Positions 33,046 to 46,560 of a DNA stretch of 64,000 bases are shown here, piece after piece (position 1 is the first letter of the stretch; each line of letters begins with the position of its first letter). The stretch covers positions 29,108-93,107 of the forward strand of contig DISR01000041.1 of the NCBI GenBank assembly GCA_002421825.1, in the 5' to 3' direction. This DNA is from Thiobacillus sp. UBA6205 (GTDB taxonomy: Bacteria > Pseudomonadota > Gammaproteobacteria > Burkholderiales > Thiobacillaceae). A model generated the notes under the pieces. It had not been told where the DNA came from. It was given only the letters and a program-made list of their open reading frames with translations, and did not search any database. Position numbers and translations under genes: made by a program.

Positions 33046-34347
33046 GTGATTTCGATTACCCGCCTTTCTTCCGGCCAAGCGGACTTCCTGCCCCGGCTGG
33101 ACAAGCTGTTGCAGTTCGACGCCGCCACCGACGCCTCCATCGAGCGTACCGTGGCCGCCATCCTGGCCGACGTCAGGGCGCGAGGCGACGCCGCTGTGCT
33201 GGAGTACACCAACAGGTTCGACCGCATGAGCGCCACTTCCATGGCCGCGCTGACCCTGCCCAAGTCGCGCCTCGACGAGGCGCTCGTCGGCCTGGAGCCG
33301 GAACGCCGCCAGGCACTGGAAGCCGCCGCCGAGCGTGTGCGCCGCTACCACGAGAAGCAGTTGCAAGCGTCCTGGAGCTATACGGAAGCGGACGGCACCC
33401 TGCTCGGCCAGCAGGTCACGGCGCTCGATCGCGTGGGGCTCTACGTCCCCGGCGGCAAGGCGGCTTACCCGTCTTCCGTGCTGATGAACGCCATCCCGGC
33501 CAAGGTGGCGGGCGTGGCGGAACTCATCATGGTGGTGCCCACGCCGGGCGGGGAGCAGAACGAACTGGTGCTCGCCGCCGCAGCCATTGCCGGTGTGGAC
33601 AAGGTTTTCACCATCGGCGGCGCGCAGGCGGTGGCCGCCATGGCCTACGGCACCGATAGCGTGCCCCAGGTGGACAAGATCGTCGGCCCCGGCAACGCTT
33701 ACGTGGCCGAGGCCAAGCGCCGCGTGTTCGGCACCGTGGGCATCGACATGATCGCCGGCCCCTCCGAAATCCTGGTGATCTGCGACGGCCAGACCAATCC
33801 GGACTGGATCGCCATGGATCTCTTTTCCCAGGCCGAGCACGACGAGCTTGCGCAGTCCATCCTGCTGACGCCGGATGCCGCGTTTGCCGACAAGGTCGAG
33901 CAATCCATCAAGAAGCTGGTGGGCGAGATGCCGAGGAACGAGGTGATCACCGCCTCGATCAGCAACCGCGGCGCCATCATCGTCACGCGCGATCTCGACG
34001 AGGCGGCTGAGATCAGCAACCGCATCGCGCCCGAGCACCTGGAATTATCGGTGGAAGACCCCGTCGCCATGACCAGCAAAATCCGCCATGCCGGCGCCAT
34101 CTTCATGGGCCGCAACACCTGCGAGGCGCTGGGCGATTACTGCGCCGGGCCCAACCACGTGCTGCCGACCTCGCGCACGGCGCGCTTTTCCTCGCCGCTG
34201 GGCGTGTACGACTTCCAGAAGCGCTCCAGCCTGATCATGGTGTCGGAAAAAGGCGCGCAGACCCTGGGCCGCATCGCCGCCACGCTCGCCTACGGCGAGG
34301 GCCTGCAGGCGCATGCCCGTTCGGCCGAATACCGTCTGCATCGCTAA
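33046..34347 (+). CDS. hisD: Histidinol dehydrogenase
   Basis: [36 protein letters not shown]. Confidence 0.97.
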   Translation: MISITRLSSGQADFLPRLDKLLQFDAATDASIERTVAAILADVRARGDAAVLEYTNRFDRMSATSMAALTLPKSRLDEALVGLEPERRQALEAAAERVRRYHEKQLQASWSYTEADGTLLGQQVTALDRVGLYVPGGKAAYPSSVLMNAIPAKVAGVAELIMVVPTPGGEQNELVLAAAAIAGVDKVFTIGGAQAVAAMAYGTDSVPQVDKIVGPGNAYVAEAKRRVFGTVGIDMIAGPSEILVICDGQTNPDWIAMDLFSQAEHDELAQSILLTPDAAFADKVEQSIKKLVGEMPRNEVITASISNRGAIIVTRDLDEAAEISNRIAPEHLELSVEDPVAMTSKIRHAGAIFMGRNTCEALGDYCAGPNHVLPTSRTARFSSPLGVYDFQKRSSLIMVSEKGAQTLGRIAATLAYGEGLQAHARSAEYRLHR

Positions 34348-34356
34348 GGGAGCATC

Positions 34357-35418
34357 GTGAGCCGCTACTGGAGCAAGGTTGTTCACGGCCTGACCCCTTA
34401 CGTGCCGGGCGAACAGCCCAAGCTTCCCGACCTGGTCAAGCTCAACACCAACGAGAACCCCTACGGCCCGAGCCCGCGGGTGATCGAGGCGTTGCGCGCC
34501 GAGGCCGCCGACAGTCTGCGCCTGTATCCCGACCCCGCTTCCGAGCGGCTGCGCGAGGCCATCGCCGCCTTCCACGGCGTCGAGGCGAGCCAGGTCTTCG
34601 TCGGCAACGGCTCGGACGAGGTGCTGGCCCATGCCTTCCTCGCGCTCTTGAAGCACGACGCGCCCATCCTGTTCCCGGACATTACTTACAGCTTCTATCC
34701 GGTGTATTGCGGCTTGTACGGCATCGAATACCAGGAAATCCCACTGACCGAATCGTTCGAGATTAGGGTGGACGATTATTTCGTGGCCAATGGCGGCATT
34801 ATTTTCCCCAACCCCAACGCGCCGACCGCGCGCCTCCTGGCCCTGGGCGAGATCGAAAGGCTGCTGGCGAAGAACACCGAATCGGTGGTGGTGGTGGACG
34901 AGGCCTATATCGACTTCGGCGGCGAATCCGCGGTCGGGCTCGTCAACAAATATCCGCAGCTGCTGGTGGTGCACACGCTGTCCAAATCGCACTCGCTCGC
35001 CGGCCTGCGCGTGGGCTATGCCATCGGCCAGGCCGACCTCATACAGGCGCTGGTGCGCGTCAAGGACAGCTTCAATTCCTACCCGCTCGACCGTTTCGCC
35101 CAGGCCGGCGCGATCGCCAGCATGCAGGACCGCGAATATTTCGATCAAACGCGGCACAAGGTCATGGCTACGCGCGAAAAGCTGGTCGCGGACCTCGATG
35201 CCCTGGGCTTCGAGGTGTTGCCCTCGGCAGCGAATTTCGTGTTCGCGCGCCACCCGCAACACGACGGCGCCGAGCTGGCGCAGGCCTTGCGCGAGCGCAG
35301 CATCATCGTGCGCCATTTCAGGAAACCGGCGCGCATCGCGCCTTTCCTGCGCATCACCGTCGGCACCGACGAACAATGCCAGGCGCTGGTGACTGCGCTG
35401 AGGGAGCTCCTGGCCTGA
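34357..35418 (+). CDS. hisC: Histidinol-phosphate aminotransferase
   Basis: [29 protein letters not shown]. Confidence 0.96.
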   Translation: MSRYWSKVVHGLTPYVPGEQPKLPDLVKLNTNENPYGPSPRVIEALRAEAADSLRLYPDPASERLREAIAAFHGVEASQVFVGNGSDEVLAHAFLALLKHDAPILFPDITYSFYPVYCGLYGIEYQEIPLTESFEIRVDDYFVANGGIIFPNPNAPTARLLALGEIERLLAKNTESVVVVDEAYIDFGGESAVGLVNKYPQLLVVHTLSKSHSLAGLRVGYAIGQADLIQALVRVKDSFNSYPLDRFAQAGAIASMQDREYFDQTRHKVMATREKLVADLDALGFEVLPSAANFVFARHPQHDGAELAQALRERSIIVRHFRKPARIAPFLRITVGTDEQCQALVTALRELLA

Positions 35419-35453
35419 TAGAATCGGGCTTTCGCCTTTATTCATTGCCCATC

Positions 35454-36041
35454 ATGCGCAGCGCTGAAGTCACCCGCAATACCCTGGAAACCCGGATCAC
35501 GGCCAGGCTCGACCTGGACGGCACGGGCAAGGGCACGCTCGACACCGGCGTGCCCTTCTTCGACCACATGCTCGACCAGATCGCGCGCCACGGCCTGATC
35601 GATCTCGACATCCAGGCCAAGGGCGATTTGCACATCGATGCGCACCACACCGTGGAAGACGTCGGCATCACCCTCGGCCAGGCCTTCGCCAAGGCCGTGG
35701 GCGACAAGAAGGGCATCCGCCGCTACGGCCACGCCTACGTGCCGCTGGACGAGGCGCTGTCGCGCGTGGTCGTCGACCTTTCCGGCCGTCCCGGTCTGGA
35801 ATACCACGTCGACTACACCCGCGCGCGCATCGGCGAGTTCGATGTCGACCTCTTGCTGGAATTCTTCCGCGGCTTCGTCAATCACGCCGCGGTGACCCTG
35901 CACATCGACAACCTGCGCGGCATCAATGCCCATCATCAGGCCGAGACCATTTTCAAGGCCTTCGGCCGCGCGCTGCGCATGGCGGTGGAGACCGACACGC
36001 GCATGGGCGGGCAGATGCCTTCGACCAAGGGTTCGCTTTGA
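35454..36041 (+). CDS. hisB: Imidazoleglycerol-phosphate dehydratase
   Basis: [16 protein letters not shown]. Confidence 0.97.
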   Translation: MRSAEVTRNTLETRITARLDLDGTGKGTLDTGVPFFDHMLDQIARHGLIDLDIQAKGDLHIDAHHTVEDVGITLGQAFAKAVGDKKGIRRYGHAYVPLDEALSRVVVDLSGRPGLEYHVDYTRARIGEFDVDLLLEFFRGFVNHAAVTLHIDNLRGINAHHQAETIFKAFGRALRMAVETDTRMGGQMPSTKGSL

Positions 36042-36733
36042 TGGAAAAGCTGGACATTGCCGTGATCGACTACGGCATGGGCAATCTGCGCTCGGTGGAC
36101 AAGGCGCTGGAATACGTGTCGCCCAGCGCCACGGTGAAGGTGACGGCCGATCCGGACGAGATCCTCTCGGCGGAGCGCGTGGTGTTCCCGGGCCAGGGCG
36201 CGGCGCGCGACTGCATGCGCGAGATCGATGCGCGCGGCCTGCGCGAAGTCATCAAGCAGGCCGCCCAGAGCAAGCCCTTCCTCGGCATCTGCATGGGTCT
36301 GCAGGTGCTGTTCGAGCACAGCGAGGAGGGCGACACGCCCTGCCTTGGCATCTTCAAGGGCGAAGTCATCCGCTTCCCCAGGGAAGCCATGCACGACGAC
36401 CAGGGCGAAAAGCTCAAGGTTCCGCACATGGGCTGGAACAACGTGCACCAGGCCATGGGCCACCCGCTGTGGGCCGGCATCGAGGACGGCAGCCGCTTTT
36501 ATTACGTGCACAGCTATTTCGTGCAGCCCGCCACGCCCGAAAACGTGGCGGGTTTTTCGCACTACCCGTTTCCGTTCACCTCGGCGGTGGCCTCGGGTAA
36601 TATCTTCGCTGTGCAATTCCATCCGGAGAAAAGCGCCCAGGCGGGACTGACCCTGCTGGGCAATTTCATCACCTGGGATCCTTTCAACGCTCGACAGTCG
36701 GCCTGCGACATGGCCGGGAGCACCTGCGCTTAA
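36041..36733 (+). CDS. hisH: Imidazole glycerol phosphate synthase, glutaminase subunit
   Basis: [23 protein letters not shown]. Confidence 0.97.
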   Translation: MEKLDIAVIDYGMGNLRSVDKALEYVSPSATVKVTADPDEILSAERVVFPGQGAARDCMREIDARGLREVIKQAAQSKPFLGICMGLQVLFEHSEEGDTPCLGIFKGEVIRFPREAMHDDQGEKLKVPHMGWNNVHQAMGHPLWAGIEDGSRFYYVHSYFVQPATPENVAGFSHYPFPFTSAVASGNIFAVQFHPEKSAQAGLTLLGNFITWDPFNARQSACDMAGSTCA

Positions 36734-36750
36734 AAGCTTCAAACCGCATC

Positions 36751-37506
36751 ATGCTGATTATTCCTGCCATCGATCTCAAGGACGGACACTGCGTCCGTCT
36801 CGAACAGGGCGAAATGGATCGCGCCACCGTGTTTTCCGAGGAGCCGGCCGCCATGGCGCGCCACTGGGTGAAGCAGGGCGCGCGCCGCCTGCACCTGGTG
36901 GATCTCAACGGCGCCTTCGCCGGAAAACCCGTGAACGAGGAAGCGATCAAGGCCATCGTCCAGGAAATGGGCGACGAGATTCCCGTGCAGCTGGGCGGCG
37001 GCATCCGCGACCTCGACACCATCGAGCGCTATCTCGACGACGGCATCCGCTACGTCATCATCGGCACCGCGGCGGTGAAGAACCCCGGTTTCCTGCACGA
37101 GGCCTGCGACGCCTTCCCCGGCCACATCATCGTCGGCCTGGACGCCAGGGACGGCAAGGTGGCGGTGGACGGCTGGTCCAAGGTCACCGACCATGATGTC
37201 GTCGACCTCGCCCAGCGCTTCCAGGACTACGGCGTGGAAGCGGTGATCTACACCGACATCGGCCGCGATGGCATGCTCACCGGCGTCAACATCGACGCCA
37301 CGGTGAAGCTCGCCCAGGCGCTGCACATCCCCGTCATCGCCAGCGGCGGCATCACCAACCTGGACGACGTGAGGAATCTTTCCGCCGTCGCCGGCGAAGG
37401 CATCATGGGCGCCATCACCGGCCGCGCCATCTACCAGGGTACGCTCGATTTCGCTGCCGCGCAGAAGCTGGCCGACGAACTGGCCGGAAAAGTCTATGGC
37501 GAATAA
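36751..37506 (+). CDS. hisA: ProFAR isomerase
   Basis: [31 protein letters not shown]. Confidence 0.97.
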   Translation: MLIIPAIDLKDGHCVRLEQGEMDRATVFSEEPAAMARHWVKQGARRLHLVDLNGAFAGKPVNEEAIKAIVQEMGDEIPVQLGGGIRDLDTIERYLDDGIRYVIIGTAAVKNPGFLHEACDAFPGHIIVGLDARDGKVAVDGWSKVTDHDVVDLAQRFQDYGVEAVIYTDIGRDGMLTGVNIDATVKLAQALHIPVIASGGITNLDDVRNLSAVAGEGIMGAITGRAIYQGTLDFAAAQKLADELAGKVYGE

Positions 37507-37513
37507 TTTCACG

Positions 37514-37582
37514 ACACAGAGGCAGCGGAGAGAACTGGGTAACTCATTGTTTTACCCTCTGTTTCATCTGATGCCGCTGTGT
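37514..37582. repeat. Degenerate inverted repeat between hisA and hisF
   Basis: ACACAGAGGCAGCGGAGAG ... CTCTG...GCTGTGT; same style as 19549 and 25971. Confidence 0.4.
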
Positions 37583-37593
37583 AAATAATCCTC

Positions 37594-38349
37594 ATGCTCG
37601 CCAAACGCATCATTCCCTGCCTGGACGTGACAGCCGGCCGCGTGGTCAAGGGCGTCAACTTCGTCGAACTGAAGGACGCCGGCGACCCGGTCGAGATCGC
37701 CAGGCGCTACAACGATGCCGGCGCCGACGAGCTGACCTTTCTCGACATCACCGCCAGTTCGGACGAGCGCGACATCATCCTGCACATCATCGAGGCCGTG
37801 GCCGAGCAGGTGTTCATCCCCTTGACCGTGGGCGGCGGCGTGCGCAAGGTGGAAGACGTGCGCCGCCTGCTCAATGCCGGCGCCGACAAGGTCGGTATCA
37901 ACACTGCAGCGGTGACCAATCCCCAACTGGTGGCAGAAGCCTCCGGCTATTTCGGCTCGCAGTGCATCGTGGTCGCCATCGACTCCAAGCGCGTGGGTGA
38001 CCATTGGGAAGTCTTTACCCACGGCGGACGCAAGCCGACCGGGCTCGACGCCGTCGAATGGGCCAGGAAAATGGAAAGCCTGGGCGCCGGCGAGCTGCTG
38101 CTGACTTCCATGGATCGCGATGGCACCAAGAGCGGTTTCGACCTCGAACTCACGCGCCGCATTTCCGACGCGGTCGACATTCCCATCATCGCCAGCGGCG
38201 GGGTGGGCAACCTGCAGCATCTGGTCGACGGCGTGAAGGAAGGCCATGCCGATGCTGTGCTCGCCGCCAGCATTTTCCATTTCGGCGAATACACCGTGGA
38301 CGAGGCCAAGCGCTACATGAAGCAGCATGGCGTCGAGGTGAGGCTGTGA
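37594..38349 (+). CDS. hisF: Imidazole glycerol phosphate synthase, cyclase subunit
   Basis: [22 protein letters not shown]. Confidence 0.97.
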   Translation: MLAKRIIPCLDVTAGRVVKGVNFVELKDAGDPVEIARRYNDAGADELTFLDITASSDERDIILHIIEAVAEQVFIPLTVGGGVRKVEDVRRLLNAGADKVGINTAAVTNPQLVAEASGYFGSQCIVVAIDSKRVGDHWEVFTHGGRKPTGLDAVEWARKMESLGAGELLLTSMDRDGTKSGFDLELTRRISDAVDIPIIASGGVGNLQHLVDGVKEGHADAVLAASIFHFGEYTVDEAKRYMKQHGVEVRL

Positions 38350-38729
38350 ACTGGCTCGACGAAATCCGCTGGGACGAGAAAGGCCTGGCCCCGGCCATTG
38401 CCCAGGACGCGAAAACCGGGCGCATACTTATGGTTGCCTGGATGAACCGCGAGTCGCTGGCCTTGACTGCCGAGAAGGGCGAGGCCGTGTACTGGTCGCG
38501 CTCCAGAAATAAACTCTGGCACAAGGGCGAGGAGTCCGGCCATGTGCAGAAGGTGCGCGAAATCCGCCTCGACTGCGACGAGGACGTCATCGTGTTGCAG
38601 GTGGAACAGCAGGGCGGCATCGCCTGTCATACCGGGCGCGAGAGCTGCTTTTACCGCGTGCTGAAGAACGGCGCCTGGGAAGCGGTGGATCCGGTGCTGA
38701 AAGACCCGAACGAGATTTACAAGAAATGA
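38346..38729 (+). CDS. hisI: Phosphoribosyl-AMP cyclohydrolase
   Basis: [31 protein letters not shown]. Confidence 0.96.
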   Translation: MNWLDEIRWDEKGLAPAIAQDAKTGRILMVAWMNRESLALTAEKGEAVYWSRSRNKLWHKGEESGHVQKVREIRLDCDEDVIVLQVEQQGGIACHTGRESCFYRVLKNGAWEAVDPVLKDPNEIYKK

Positions 38730-39043
38730 GCGAAGACATACTCAAACGCCTGACCGAGACGCTGGAAGCGCGCAAGTCTGCTTCGCCCGATTCTTCCTAC
38801 GTGGCCAAACTGCATGCCAAGGGTCTCGACGCCATCCTCAAGAAGGTCGGCGAGGAAGCGACCGAGACGGTGATGGCGGCCAAGGACGGCCAGAACGAAA
38901 AGATCATCTACGAAGTGGCCGATCTGTGGTTTCATACGCTGGTGCTGCTGTCGCACAGGGGATTGTCGGCGCAGGATGTTCTGGATGAACTGGCCCGGCG
39001 CGAAGGCGTGTCGGGCATTGACGAGAAGGCTGCGAGAAAATGA
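38726..39043 (+). CDS. hisE: Phosphoribosyl-ATP pyrophosphatase
   Basis: [18 protein letters not shown]. Confidence 0.96.
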   Translation: MSEDILKRLTETLEARKSASPDSSYVAKLHAKGLDAILKKVGEEATETVMAAKDGQNEKIIYEVADLWFHTLVLLSHRGLSAQDVLDELARREGVSGIDEKAARK

Positions 39044-39369
39044 GCGACTGCATTTTCTGCAGGATCATTGCAGGCGAGATTCCCTCGCGTAAGGTGTACG
39101 AGGATGACGATGTCTATGCGTTTCATGACATCAACCCCTTTGCGCGCGTGCATTTCATGATCATCCCCAAACGGCATATCGCGTCGCTGGCCGATACGGT
39201 GCCGGAAGACCGGGACATTCTGGGTAAAATATTGTTGTTGGCGCCGAAACTGGCGCAGGAACAAGGGCTGGGGGGCGGCTTCAAAACGCTCATCAACACC
39301 GGCCGCGGTGGCGGGCAGGAGGTATTCCACCTGCACGTACACGTTTTTGGCGGTGGACCTGCCGCCTGA
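39040..39369 (+). CDS. hinT: Histidine triad nucleotide-binding protein
   Basis: [17 protein letters not shown]. Confidence 0.93.
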   Translation: MSDCIFCRIIAGEIPSRKVYEDDDVYAFHDINPFARVHFMIIPKRHIASLADTVPEDRDILGKILLLAPKLAQEQGLGGGFKTLINTGRGGGQEVFHLHVHVFGGGPAA

Positions 39370-39401
39370 TCGGTTATTTCAACTATTTCAAGGAGACTGA
39401 G

Positions 39402-39623
39402 ATGGGTAGTTTCAGCATTTGGCACTGGCTGATTGTTCTGGCGATCGTACTGCTGGTATTCGGCACCAAGAAGCTGCGCAACATGGGCTCTGACCTGGGC
39501 GGCGCGGTGAAGAACTTCAAGGATGCGGTGAAGGATGAAAATGCCAAGCTCTCCGACAAGGGAGAAAAGAGCGAAAGCGGCACCACCATCGACGCCGAAG
39601 TGAAGGACAAGCAGAATTCCTGA
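39402..39623 (+). CDS. tatA: Twin-arginine translocase TatA
   Basis: [29 protein letters not shown]. Confidence 0.96.
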   Translation: MGSFSIWHWLIVLAIVLLVFGTKKLRNMGSDLGGAVKNFKDAVKDENAKLSDKGEKSESGTTIDAEVKDKQNS

Positions 39624-39627
39624 AATG

Positions 39628-39720
39628 TAGGGGCTAGGAGCTAGGATATAGGGGCTGGGGCAAGTCATGATGCTGCTTGAGCCAACTTCCTAGCCCCTAG
39701 CTCCTATTTCCTAGCCCCTA
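39628..39720. repeat. Heptamer tandem repeats arranged as an inverted repeat
   Basis: TAGGGGC TAGGAGC TAGGATA TAGGGGC ... CCTAGCC CCTAGCT CCTATTT CCTAGCC CCTA. Confidence 0.8.
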
Positions 39721-39722
39721 AA

Positions 39723-40145
39723 ATGTTCGACATCGGTTTCACCGAGCTTCTCATCATTGGCGTTGTGGCCCTGCTGGTCGTCGGACCTGAGCGCTTGCCC
39801 AAGGTCGCGCGCACGGCCGGCCATTTGTTCGGGCGCTTCCAGCGTTATGTCAGCACCGTCAAGGCCGACATCGGGCGGGAAATGGATCTGGATGAACTGC
39901 GCAAGGCGGGGCAGAGCTTCAAGGAGTCGGTCGAAGAGGCCGTGCGCGGCGTGGAATCCGGCGTGCAGGAAGCCGAGTTCACCATGCGCGACGAAATCGT
40001 GAATCCGATCGAAGAGGCCGCCGCCAGTGTTTCCCAGCCGGACTTGTTCGACGATCCCGCCAAAAAACAGGCAGCCACACCGACAGACGACTCGCCCGAT
40101 GAACCAGAAAGCCGGGCAGGCAGCAAGCCGGAATCCAAGGCATGA
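39723..40145 (+). CDS. tatB: Twin-arginine translocase TatB
   Basis: MFDIGFTELLIIGVVALLVVGPERLP. Confidence 0.96.
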   Translation: MFDIGFTELLIIGVVALLVVGPERLPKVARTAGHLFGRFQRYVSTVKADIGREMDLDELRKAGQSFKESVEEAVRGVESGVQEAEFTMRDEIVNPIEEAAASVSQPDLFDDPAKKQAATPTDDSPDEPESRAGSKPESKA

Positions 40146-41068
40146 GCAACACATCGAGCAAGGAAGAAAGCTTCATTTCACACCTGATCGAGTTGCGCAA
40201 CCGCCTGATACGTGCGGTGCTTGCGGTCGTGCTGGTGTTCGTCGTTCTGTTCCCGTGGGCCAATGATCTTTACACGCTGCTGGCGCAGCCGCTGATCGGC
40301 AAGTTGCCGCAAGGCAGCCAGATGATCGCCACCGGCGTTGCATCGACCTTCTTCATTCCCCTGAAGGTGGCGATGATGACGGCATTTCTCATTACGCTGC
40401 CCTTCGTGCTGTATCAGATGTGGGCTTTCATCGCGCCCGGGCTTTACCAGCACGAGCGCAAGCTGGCGATACCGCTGCTGGTGGCAAGCGTGCTGCTGTT
40501 CTTTGCCGGCATGGCTTTCGCCTATTTCCTGGTGTTTCCGGTGGTGTTCGGCTTCCTTGCCGGCGCTACGCCGGAAGGCGTGAATTTCGCGCCCGACATC
40601 GGCGCCTACCTGGATTTCGTGATGACGCTGTTCATCGCATTCGGGGTGACCTTCGAGGTGCCGGTGGTGGTCATCCTGCTGGTGCTCACCAACATGGTGT
40701 CGATTGCGAAGCTGCGCGAGGCGCGCCCCTATGTCATCGTCGGCGCCTTCGTGATCGGCGCCATCTTTACCCCGCCGGATGTGATTTCGCAGATCATGCT
40801 GGCGATTCCCATGTGGTTGTTGTACGAACTCGGCATCGTCTTGGCCGGTTTCCTGGGCAAGGTCAAGCCGGCGCAGGTGCCGCAGGCGCAGGAGGCCAGG
40901 CAGACAAGCCAGCCGCCGTCCCAACAAGCGCCTTATCCGACCTATCCTTCGGACTACGAGCCGCTGACGTATGAGGAAATGGAGGCCGAACTCGATCGCA
41001 TCGAGACCGAGAACAAGGCCAACGATAACAAGGCCAACGAGAACAAGGATGAGAAGCCGGAGTCTTGA
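40142..41068 (+). CDS. tatC: Twin-arginine translocase TatC
   Basis: SHLIELRNRL, WAFIAPGLY, FTPPDVISQ. Confidence 0.96.
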   Translation: MSNTSSKEESFISHLIELRNRLIRAVLAVVLVFVVLFPWANDLYTLLAQPLIGKLPQGSQMIATGVASTFFIPLKVAMMTAFLITLPFVLYQMWAFIAPGLYQHERKLAIPLLVASVLLFFAGMAFAYFLVFPVVFGFLAGATPEGVNFAPDIGAYLDFVMTLFIAFGVTFEVPVVVILLVLTNMVSIAKLREARPYVIVGAFVIGAIFTPPDVISQIMLAIPMWLLYELGIVLAGFLGKVKPAQVPQAQEARQTSQPPSQQAPYPTYPSDYEPLTYEEMEAELDRIETENKANDNKANENKDEKPES

Positions 41069-41098
41069 TGCTCCATTTCCGGGCTGAATCGCGGCGTT

Positions 41099-41184
41099 TG
41101 CACAAAACAAGTGCACGCGCCGCGACTGAAGCGGCAGGCTGTTCAATAAAATCAGACGTTTGTGTTCCTGGAACGTTTGTTGCT
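41099..41184 (+). promoter_or_regulatory. NtrC site + IHF site + sigma54 promoter of amt
   Basis: TGCAC-N7-GTGCA (41099-41115); AATCAG-N4-TTG (41150-41162); TGGAAC-N5-TTGCT (41169-41184, GG-N10-GC). Confidence 0.8.
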
Positions 41185-41218
41185 CCATTTGCCCTGACCT
41201 AACTCGGGGATGCACCAA

Positions 41219-42421
41219 ATGGAGACATTCAAATCCGGCAGCGACGTGCTGTTCATATTGCTGGGCGCCATCATGGTGCTGGCCATGCACGCCGGCTTCG
41301 CCTTCCTGGAACTGGGCACGGTGCGCAAGAAAAACCAGGTCAACGCCCTGGTAAAGATACTCACCGATTTCAGCGTATCGACCATCGCCTATTTCTTCAT
41401 CGGTTACGGCATCGCCTACGGCGTCGATTTCATGGCTGGCGCCGGCCAGCTTGCCGAAAAGAACGGTTACGACCTGGTCAAGTTCTTCTTCCTGCTCACC
41501 TTCGCGGCTGCGATTCCCGCCATCGTGTCGGGCGGCATTGCCGAGCGGGCCAAGTTCAACCCCCAACTCGCGGCGACCTTCCTGCTGGTGGGATTCGTCT
41601 ATCCTTTTTTCGAAGGCATGGTGTGGAACGGCAACTACGGCTTCCAGGCCTGGCTGGAGGCGAGCTTCGGCGCCAGGCTGCACGATTTCGCCGGCTCGGT
41701 CGTGGTGCATGCCGTGGGCGGCTGGATCGGCTTGGCGGCGGTGCTGCTTCTGGGCGCGCGCCAGGGCCGTTACCGCAAGGACGGCGGCATCGCCGCGCAC
41801 CCGCCTTCGAGCATTCCCTTCCTGGCCCTGGGCGCCTGGATCCTGACCGTGGGCTGGTTCGGCTTCAACGTCATGTCCGCACAGACCATCGAGGCGGTGA
41901 GCGGGCTGGTGGCGGTGAATTCGCTGATGGCCATGGTGGGCGGCACGCTGGCCGCGCTGTTCGCCGGGCGCAACGACCCGGGCTTCATCCACAACGGCCC
42001 GCTGGCCGGCCTGGTGGCGGTGTGCGCGGGATCCGACGTCATGCATCCGCTGGGCGCGCTGGCGACCGGCGCGGTGGCCGGCGGGCTGTTCGTCTGGATG
42101 TTCACCACCACCCAGAACAAGTGGAAAATCGACGACGTGCTCGGCGTGTGGCCGCTGCACGGACTCTGCGGCGCCTGGGGCGGCATCGCCGCCGGCATTT
42201 TCGGCCTGCAGGCGCTGGGCGGCATGGGCGGCGTTGCCTTCATGTCGCAGCTGGTCGGCACCCTGGCGGGCGTCGTGATCGCGCTGGCTGGCGGCTTCGT
42301 CGTGTATGGCGCGCTCAAGCACGCGGTCGGCATCCGCCTCGACCAGGAAGAGGAATTCCGCGGCGCCGATCTGGCCATCCACAAGATTTCGGCCACGCCC
42401 GAGCGCGAAACGAACTGGTGA
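41219..42421 (+). CDS. amt: Ammonium transporter (Amt family)
   Basis: HDFAGSVVVH, GWFGFN, DDVLGVWPLHG (twin His). Start is 41210 or 41219. Confidence 0.94.
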   Translation: METFKSGSDVLFILLGAIMVLAMHAGFAFLELGTVRKKNQVNALVKILTDFSVSTIAYFFIGYGIAYGVDFMAGAGQLAEKNGYDLVKFFFLLTFAAAIPAIVSGGIAERAKFNPQLAATFLLVGFVYPFFEGMVWNGNYGFQAWLEASFGARLHDFAGSVVVHAVGGWIGLAAVLLLGARQGRYRKDGGIAAHPPSSIPFLALGAWILTVGWFGFNVMSAQTIEAVSGLVAVNSLMAMVGGTLAALFAGRNDPGFIHNGPLAGLVAVCAGSDVMHPLGALATGAVAGGLFVWMFTTTQNKWKIDDVLGVWPLHGLCGAWGGIAAGIFGLQALGGMGGVAFMSQLVGTLAGVVIALAGGFVVYGALKHAVGIRLDQEEEFRGADLAIHKISATPERETNW

Positions 42422-42442
42422 GGTCCGTCTAATCGGCTTGTG

Positions 42443-42472
42443 AAAAAAGCGGCCTGCCAGAGGCCGCTTTTT
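42443..42472 (+). terminator. Rho-independent terminator after amt
   Basis: AAAAAAGCGGCCT-GCCAG-AGGCCGCTTTTT. Confidence 0.8.
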
Positions 42473-42498
42473 CTTCGCTGGGCGGGTAAAATTCCGCC

Positions 42499-45929
<3,431 letters not shown>

Positions 45930-45933
<4 letters not shown>

Positions 45934-46095
45934 CCCGGATATTTCACTGGATTGCGGGAAGATGGCGCCAATTGGCCGCCGGAATCCGCAAAGGCCGGCG
46001 GCGCAAACTGGATTCGATGCCGACTGCTCCGCAATCGTGTGTTCATGCGCCTTTGGGTCATTTCCCCGGCCGGTCCGGTGAAATATCCGGGCCAG
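45930..46095. mobile_element. Complete MITE-like element with 14-bp terminal inverted repeats
   Basis: CTAG-CCCGGATATTTCAC ... GTGAAATATCCGGG-CCAG; internal sequence shared with two other copies in the window. Confidence 0.82.
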
Positions 46096-46189
46096 GTTCG
46101 ACGCTGGTATGGAAATACCATGCCCCCTTCTGGCCATGCCTTAAATTAGTACTTGCTTTATTACTAATGATATTAGAAAATGCTAATAA

Positions 46190-46281
46190 CACGGCGCGTC
46201 ATCCCCTGGTGCGTTGTGTTGTCTCCTCCATCCTCCTCCTTTGGTGGATTTTAGCCCGGCAACATTTGCCGGGCTTTTTTT
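46190..46281 (+). ncRNA. Small RNA resembling the Betaproteobacteria 'toxic' sRNA family (anti-SD CUCCUCC)
   Basis: GTCTCCTCCATCCTCCTCCTTTGGTGGATTTTAGCCCGGCAA-CAT-TTGCCGGGCTTTTTTT; AT-rich promoter-like region upstream; 5' end approximate. Confidence 0.72.
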
Positions 46282-46290
46282 GTGCCGCCT

Positions 46291-46560
46291 CTAGCGCTTC
46301 TCGAAACCGGAAAAGGATTTTTCTTCAGCGATTTCAGCCACTTGCACGCTGTGTACCCGGGCCAGTGGCGGGCCCTTTCTGGCCCATTCCAGCAGGCGTT
46401 CGAGCGGGGCGGCCTCTCCGCAAACCACGGATTCGACCTTGCCGTCCGTCAGGTTGCGTACCCAGCCATTCACGCCCTGTTTCAAGGCTTCCTGGCGCAT
46501 CGATTCCCTGAACCACACGCCCTGTACCCGACCGGTAATGAGCAGGTGCAGGCAGGGCAT
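46291..46560 (-). CDS. acyP: Acylphosphatase
   Basis: [28 protein letters not shown]. Confidence 0.93.
   Translation of the reverse strand: MPCLHLLITGRVQGVWFRESMRQEALKQGVNGWVRNLTDGKVESVVCGEAAPLERLLEWARKGPPLARVHSVQVAEIAEEKSFSGFEKR

Noticed and set aside
41000-41060. AACAAGGCCAACGA repeats at the end of tatC
   Set aside because: Short low-complexity coding repeat in a disordered tail.
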